The position numbers and the translations under genes are program-made. The notes under the pieces were generated by a model. That model had not been told where the DNA came from. It saw only the letters and a program-made list of their open reading frames with translations, and searched no databases. A DNA stretch of 64,000 bases from Candidatus Heimdallarchaeum endolithica (lineage in GTDB: Archaea; Asgardarchaeota; Heimdallarchaeia; Heimdallarchaeales; Heimdallarchaeaceae): positions 3,232,001 through 3,296,000 of the forward strand of contig CP084167.1 in NCBI GenBank assembly GCA_021513715.1, written 5' to 3'. This document shows, piece after piece, positions 59,218-64,000 of this stretch (the stretch's first letter is position 1; each line of letters begins with the position of its first letter).

Positions 59218-60273
59218 ATGAACATTGATAGAAATGAAATAATAAAGATGCAAGAGAAATTAAGCAATCTTATTGGTTGCCCAGGGTATGAAGAAGAAGT
59301 TGCAGAGTTTATATTATCACAATTAAATGATTACGTAGATCGAGCTTGGATTGACCCTCTTGGTAACGTATTAGCTATAAAGAAAGGAACAGTAGAAAAT
59401 GGTATGAAAATTCTTTTAGATGCTCATATGGATGAAGTAGGATTTATGATTTCACATATTGAAGAAAAAGGATTTTTAAGAATAACTCCACTTGGTGGAA
59501 TAGATAAAAGAGTGATGCTTGGCACTCTACTTCAATTTCAGACAGATAACAATGAAAAAATAATTGGAATAGTAGGTTCTCATCCTCCTCACATTACAAA
59601 AAGTGAAGAAAGAGAAAGCGTTCCTGAAATATCAGAAATGTTTGTTGACATTGGTTGTCAATCGAGAGAAGAAGTATTGGCAAAAGGGTTACATGTAGGG
59701 AGTGTTGGAACTTTCTATACAAAATTTGAACAATTAGATGATGAAACTGTAATAGGTAAAGCTTTTGATGATAGAACAGCTTGTAATGTTTTATTACAAG
59801 TTTTAAAAGCTCTTAAAGATGTTGAGCATTCCCATACCATTTTAGCTGTTTTTGCAGTGCAAGAAGAAGTAGGAGGAAGGGGAGCAACAGTTGGAGCTTT
59901 TGAACTTCAACCTACAATAGCTTTAGCTTTAGAAAATACCATCGCAAGTGACGTGGTAGGCGTGCCACCTAACAAGGTAGTTACAAGTATTGGAAATGGA
60001 CCTGCTGTAACAGCGGCTGATAGATCACTTATAACACCAAAAAAGGTACTAAATCGTATTAATCAGGCTGCAGAAAAAGATAACATAAAAACTCAGTATA
60101 AAATGCCCATTTTTGGAGGGTCAGATGGAGGAAGAATAGCTATCACTCGTTCTGGAGTACCTACAGGTGTAGTTAGCGTTCCCTGTCGATATATTCACGG
60201 GCCTGTTGCCATATTAAAAATAAAAGATATAGCAGAAACTATAAAACTAGTTTACAACTTTTGCATAATTTAA
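59218..60273 (+). CDS. M42 family (TET) aminopeptidase
   Basis: AHMDEVG, KAFDDR, QEEVG, RYIH. Confidence 0.93.
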   Translation: MNIDRNEIIKMQEKLSNLIGCPGYEEEVAEFILSQLNDYVDRAWIDPLGNVLAIKKGTVENGMKILLDAHMDEVGFMISHIEEKGFLRITPLGGIDKRVMLGTLLQFQTDNNEKIIGIVGSHPPHITKSEERESVPEISEMFVDIGCQSREEVLAKGLHVGSVGTFYTKFEQLDDETVIGKAFDDRTACNVLLQVLKALKDVEHSHTILAVFAVQEEVGGRGATVGAFELQPTIALALENTIASDVVGVPPNKVVTSIGNGPAVTAADRSLITPKKVLNRINQAAEKDNIKTQYKMPIFGGSDGGRIAITRSGVPTGVVSVPCRYIHGPVAILKIKDIAETIKLVYNFCII

Positions 60274-60303
60274 AAAAAGTAAAAATTTCTTTTTCTTTTT
60301 TCC

Positions 60304-60882
60304 TTATTTATACAATTCTAAATATTCATCAATCAGGATATCCATTAGAATTATGTCATAGTATTTGCCTTCATAAAAGCGAGCCTTTCTCCTTCTACCA
60401 ATGTGTTTGAAACCTAATTTCTCATAAACATGGACAGCTCGTTGATTAAATTCAAAAACCTCGAGTTCTATTCTGTTTAAGTTGAGAATAAGAAAACCAA
60501 ATTTCAAGATACATCTTGTAGCATCGGAGCCATATCCTTTGTTATGATTAGCAGGATTGTGAATAGCTATTCCAAAAACACAAGTCCTATTTATCCAATC
60601 AACATTCATTAAAGAAACGCTACCAAGAAATTCATTTTTTTCCTTCTCGACAATAGCAAAAGTGAATGATAAACGACGATTAGCATCACGATAGATGCTT
60701 TGAATCCACTCTTCCTCTTGTGTTGAACTGTGTGGAATAGGATGACCAAGGTATTGCCTTGTTTCATAAGTATTCCAATGTTTCATTATATCTTTAAGAT
60801 CTGATTTTTCAACAGGTCTAAGTAAAACTTTTTCACCAATAAATGGAGAACCAAAGTCTTTTGAAATTGACATAATAATCAT
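60304..60882 (-). CDS. GNAT N-acetyltransferase, RimJ/RimL family
   Basis: NKGYGS, LNRIEL.V...N.RA..YEKLGF. Confidence 0.9.
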   Translation of the reverse strand: MIIMSISKDFGSPFIGEKVLLRPVEKSDLKDIMKHWNTYETRQYLGHPIPHSSTQEEEWIQSIYRDANRRLSFTFAIVEKEKNEFLGSVSLMNVDWINRTCVFGIAIHNPANHNKGYGSDATRCILKFGFLILNLNRIELEVFEFNQRAVHVYEKLGFKHIGRRRKARFYEGKYYDIILMDILIDEYLELYK

Positions 60883-60965
60883 AAATTGTTCAAAGTTTAA
60901 AAATTTGTCTAATCAAACCTTGTTTCTATAATATTCAGTTCAAAAAAAGAAAAAAAGAAAGAAGG

Positions 60966-61763
60966 TTATTTGATATGAGCTGGTCTATATCCTGCATGTG
61001 CTAGAATACTTGTTGCTTTACCAATGTTGTAATAGTAGTCAGGTAAGAATGTGTCGTGATAGGATGAATATGCAAACAAATGTGAACTTGGGTGAATTTC
61101 AAATTCAATGTGATTTCCTATAACATCAATAATTAAATCTAAATCAGTAAGATACATTAGTGCTTTCCGTACAGCTTTATCTTGTATTTTTTCACAATTG
61201 AATATGTAGTGAAAAGTGTATAAATCTTGTCTATTTTCTTCTGTCTCTCTAATATACCAAAGAAATGTTGGTATGTATAGTTCATCGTATAATAGGAATT
61301 CAATTTCGTGGAAAATAGGCAAAAGTTCATTGTCTGATGCTTCATTATTGTATAAACTCCAGAGTTCTTCAATTAACGAACTAAATTCTTCGTTGTTAGT
61401 ATAAAGTAAGTCTTTAAGGAATAAAAGTGTTTCAAGAATACTATCCCAGGTATCCGAATATGAGCCAACTAGACCGATGTACAAAACTGCTTCGTAATCT
61501 CCTGCAAATATCCTAGTTGCAACAGTGTAAAAGTCTTGAACAACAAGATTCAATCTAATTCCGCACTTAGCTGCATCTCTTTCAATTTGGTCAAAAGCAA
61601 GGTACAAGTCCCTTCCAGTATAATAAGAATCAGCGATTAGTACTTCTATTTCTGGAGGAAGAGGCCTTCTAGCCGCACTAGTTGTAGAGGATATAAACAC
61701 TAAAATCAATAATAATCCACATATTTTAGCTATTTGCTTTTTCGTGTGAATCGTATATATCAA
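60966..61763 (-). CDS. secreted protein built from a circularly permuted family-5 solute-binding domain
   Basis: Signal peptide; KCGIRLNL..GDYE block occurs before the FN..DKAVRKAL..YNIGKA..LAHAGY block. Confidence 0.65.
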   Translation of the reverse strand: MIYTIHTKKQIAKICGLLLILVFISSTTSAARRPLPPEIEVLIADSYYTGRDLYLAFDQIERDAAKCGIRLNLVVQDFYTVATRIFAGDYEAVLYIGLVGSYSDTWDSILETLLFLKDLLYTNNEEFSSLIEELWSLYNNEASDNELLPIFHEIEFLLYDELYIPTFLWYIRETEENRQDLYTFHYIFNCEKIQDKAVRKALMYLTDLDLIIDVIGNHIEFEIHPSSHLFAYSSYHDTFLPDYYYNIGKATSILAHAGYRPAHIK

Positions 61764-61905
61764 GTTTATATACTATTTAAATATTGTTGAGGTTAAAACG
61801 CTGTTATTCAGTAAAATATATATAGATTTTTGAGATAAACATATTTTCTGAAAATAATTTTTTTGATTAAGGAAAAAAGATAGTACAAAACTAAATTTAT
61901 GTCGA

Positions 61906-62403
61906 CTAGCTTTTTTCTTTTTCGAAATTGCTGATTATTTTTTCCAATACTTGTTCTATCTCTATTTTTGATTTAAGAGAAAGGAAATAATAATCAATAT
62001 TGAATTTGTTTGCAATACTTGCCACTTCTTCTTCACTTATTTCATGGAAAGCTTCTAAGTCCTTTTTTGATCCAATAAAAATAATATTCGGTATAAATTT
62101 AAGAGCTTCTGCTACTTCTTTTATCCACTTGTGAACATCTATAAATGAACTCCTTCTAGTGAGATCAAAAACAACAAAAATCACATTGCTACCAATATAG
62201 TATGACTTTCTTATTTCAGTAAATCTTTGTTGAGCAGGTAAATCCCAAAGAGTTAAGTTATATTTTTCACCTTTTATTTCTATAGAATAAGAAGCGATGT
62301 TCTGACCATATTCTTCTTTCCTTACTTCAGTTGTTAGAGTTCTTAGTAACTCTGTTTTTCCTACTCCTGCCTCACCGACGATACAAATCTTAAGATTATG
62401 CAT
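61906..62403 (-). CDS. Rab-like small GTPase (divergent G motifs)
   Basis: GEAGVGKT, LWDLPAQQRF, YY, VFDLT..SF, GSKKD. Confidence 0.85.
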   Translation of the reverse strand: MHNLKICIVGEAGVGKTELLRTLTTEVRKEEYGQNIASYSIEIKGEKYNLTLWDLPAQQRFTEIRKSYYIGSNVIFVVFDLTRRSSFIDVHKWIKEVAEALKFIPNIIFIGSKKDLEAFHEISEEEVASIANKFNIDYYFLSLKSKIEIEQVLEKIISNFEKEKS

Positions 62404-62485
62404 TAATAGATACTTCTTTTTACTACAAAAAAAAGCTTTTGTATCAATTTGTCACCTTGTTTAAATTTTCAAATATGGTTATTTG

Positions 62486-63124
62486 TTATTTTTTTATTCC
62501 TTGAAAAAGGATTGTGAGTATTTCTCTTATGTTCTCTTCAATCTCATTGTTTTCAATTTTAAATCCTTTTTCTAAATATCCTGTTGCTCCTAAAGCTGGT
62601 CTAGAAGAAGATATGAAAAGAAAAGCTAGAGTTTTAGCTCTTACATCTTGTCTTATTTTTCCTTTTTCTTGACATATTCTAAAAAACTCTGTAAGTTTCT
62701 CTAGGGCAATTGTAGATTGGGCAAGTTCTTCGAATATAGGTCTTAATTCAGGATTGTGAAATTCTTTATACAATATAAGTAAAATTTTTCTAAATTTCAA
62801 GGCAAAATTCCAAAATTCAAGACTAACTTTATATAGAGTTTCATAAGGATTTTCTGATAATTCATCAATTTTTTCTCCAAATTGTGTCCACATCTTGTTG
62901 GATAGTTCTATTCCTGTTTTAATTATAGTTTCAAAAATCTCTGTTTTATTTCTAAAATACTTGTAAACCAAAGCTTCTGAAACCCCTTCTTCTTCTGCTA
63001 TATCTTTCATAGTTGTGTAGGCTACTCCTTTTTTAGAAAATAGTTCAATAGCTGTACGCAGAATTCTCTCTTTTCTTTCTTCTTTCTTAAGCCATTTATG
63101 CTCTTCCTTTTTGTTTTTACGCAT
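62486..63124 (-). CDS. TetR/AcrR family regulator
   Basis: ILRTAIELF..G...TTMKDIA...GVS...YKYF..K. Confidence 0.93.
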   Translation of the reverse strand: MRKNKKEEHKWLKKEERKERILRTAIELFSKKGVAYTTMKDIAEEEGVSEALVYKYFRNKTEIFETIIKTGIELSNKMWTQFGEKIDELSENPYETLYKVSLEFWNFALKFRKILLILYKEFHNPELRPIFEELAQSTIALEKLTEFFRICQEKGKIRQDVRAKTLAFLFISSSRPALGATGYLEKGFKIENNEIEENIREILTILFQGIKK

Positions 63125-63132
63125 TTAATCAC

Positions 63133-63156
63133 AAAAGTGAGTATTTACTAACTTTT
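63133..63156. promoter_or_regulatory. putative TetR operator palindrome
   Basis: AAAAGTGAGTA-TT-TACTAACTTTT (10 of 11 arm positions pair) in the spacer between divergent tetR and permease genes. Confidence 0.7.
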
Positions 63157-63226
63157 ATATATTCTTTAATGGATATAAATTTAACTATAAATGAAATACA
63201 ATTTTTGAATCAGTAAAAGAGGAATA

Positions 63227-64000
63227 ATGATGGATTACATTAATAGCTTACTAACAAAGACGTTTAGGCGCAGAATAGGAAAAAATGTAGGAACAATGAT
63301 AGGTATTGCTCTTTCTGTGAGTTTGATGCTAGGAGTACAAATAACAATTACAAGTTTTTCAACTAAAGCTTTGGGCTTTTTTACTGAGGCTATTGGTGAA
63401 AATGATATTATTATTCAAAATTTTGGTTTTCCAATTGAAAATTACCAGGAGATAATAGAAAAAATAGATAACTCTTCCATTCAGTATGCTGCAATAAATT
63501 GGAGAGTTTCTCAAGATGTAGCTGTTTATAACCTTGAGAAAGGTTATCTGGAAAAGGGAGTGAGTTTTGTTGGTGTAGAACTAGATGAGGATCCAATTTT
63601 TGGTAGATTTTATCACCCTGATGGTGAAATAGAATATACAAAAGAAGAGTTAGAACAAATTTTTTCAGATAACACAAGTGTTCTAGTTGGTAAATACTTG
63701 TTCGATGACATGGATTTAAGGATTAATCAAACTATTAAAATTAGAATTGGGGAACTACAAGGATTACAATTTAATTATAAAACTTATGACCTTAAAGTTG
63801 CAGGATATATTGCTGATAAAGAAAAGGGAAAAGAGAGTGGTGGGAGAGTTTTATGGACTTCTATAGATAATATACGTTCAATAATTGGTGTGGGCAATAA
63901 TTCAGTCACTGAAATAAATATCTCTCTCAGTTCTAATCATGATGAACAACCTGTATCAAAAGATTACGCTTGTGAAGTTGAAGCACAGTTAAAAGAAATA
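63227..64000 (+). CDS. MacB/FtsX-type ABC transporter permease, N-terminal part
   Basis: GAGGA RBS, MMDYINSLLTKTFRRRIGKNVGTMIGIALSVSLMLG..; open to the window end; not in the ORF track. Confidence 0.85.
   Translation, partial: MMDYINSLLTKTFRRRIGKNVGTMIGIALSVSLMLGVQITITSFSTKALGFFTEAIGENDIIIQNFGFPIENYQEIIEKIDNSSIQYAAINWRVSQDVAVYNLEKGYLEKGVSFVGVELDEDPIFGRFYHPDGEIEYTKEELEQIFSDNTSVLVGKYLFDDMDLRINQTIKIRIGELQGLQFNYKTYDLKVAGYIADKEKGKESGGRVLWTSIDNIRSIIGVGNNSVTEINISLSSNHDEQPVSKDYACEVEAQLKEI

Noticed and set aside
63411-63677. 88-aa minus-strand ORF
   Set aside because: Antisense to the permease CDS that starts at 63227
1-64000. Provirus, defence island, rRNA/tRNA genes, inteins
   Set aside because: No integrase, capsid, cas, restriction-modification, intein or structural RNA signatures were recognised; small or divergent ones could be missed without a search

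Overview
An AT-rich (roughly 30% GC by eye), gene-dense stretch of an archaeal chromosome. It carries archaeal information-processing genes: TFB, Rpo12/RpoP, aIF1/SUI1, archaeal/eukaryotic-type GlyRS, type II MetAP and an ASH-Ski2 helicase. It also carries several eukaryotic-signature-like proteins: longin/roadblock proteins, an NPRL2/uDENN-like longin-wHTH protein, Get3, a TRAP-beta-like protein, a RING finger and a Rab-like GTPase. Together these point to an Asgard archaeon, probably Heimdallarchaeia (inference). Core metabolic loci are porGDAB, pyrD-K-C-F plus pyrE, glpK, etfBA and several peptidases. Mobile DNA consists of one intact ISH3-family IS (26848-28065, with TIRs and a 6-bp TSD) and a 240-bp remnant of the same IS next to two secreted-protein genes. 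The ORF track misses rpoP, two edge-truncated CDSs, a TetR operator palindrome and a box C/D guide RNA (36247-36327) whose D guide points at SSU rRNA C1402. The most notable candidates are: (i) a co-transcribed IFT52/GIFT-like plus triple longin/roadblock gene pair, (ii) the C/D sRNA, (iii) a stand-alone, circularly permuted family-5 solute-binding domain, (iv) adjacent Get3 and TRAP-beta-like genes, (v) a class II CCA-adding enzyme, and (vi) four DegV/FakB paralogs. No CRISPR array, tRNA or rRNA was seen. All family calls come from motif recognition by eye; no database search was run.
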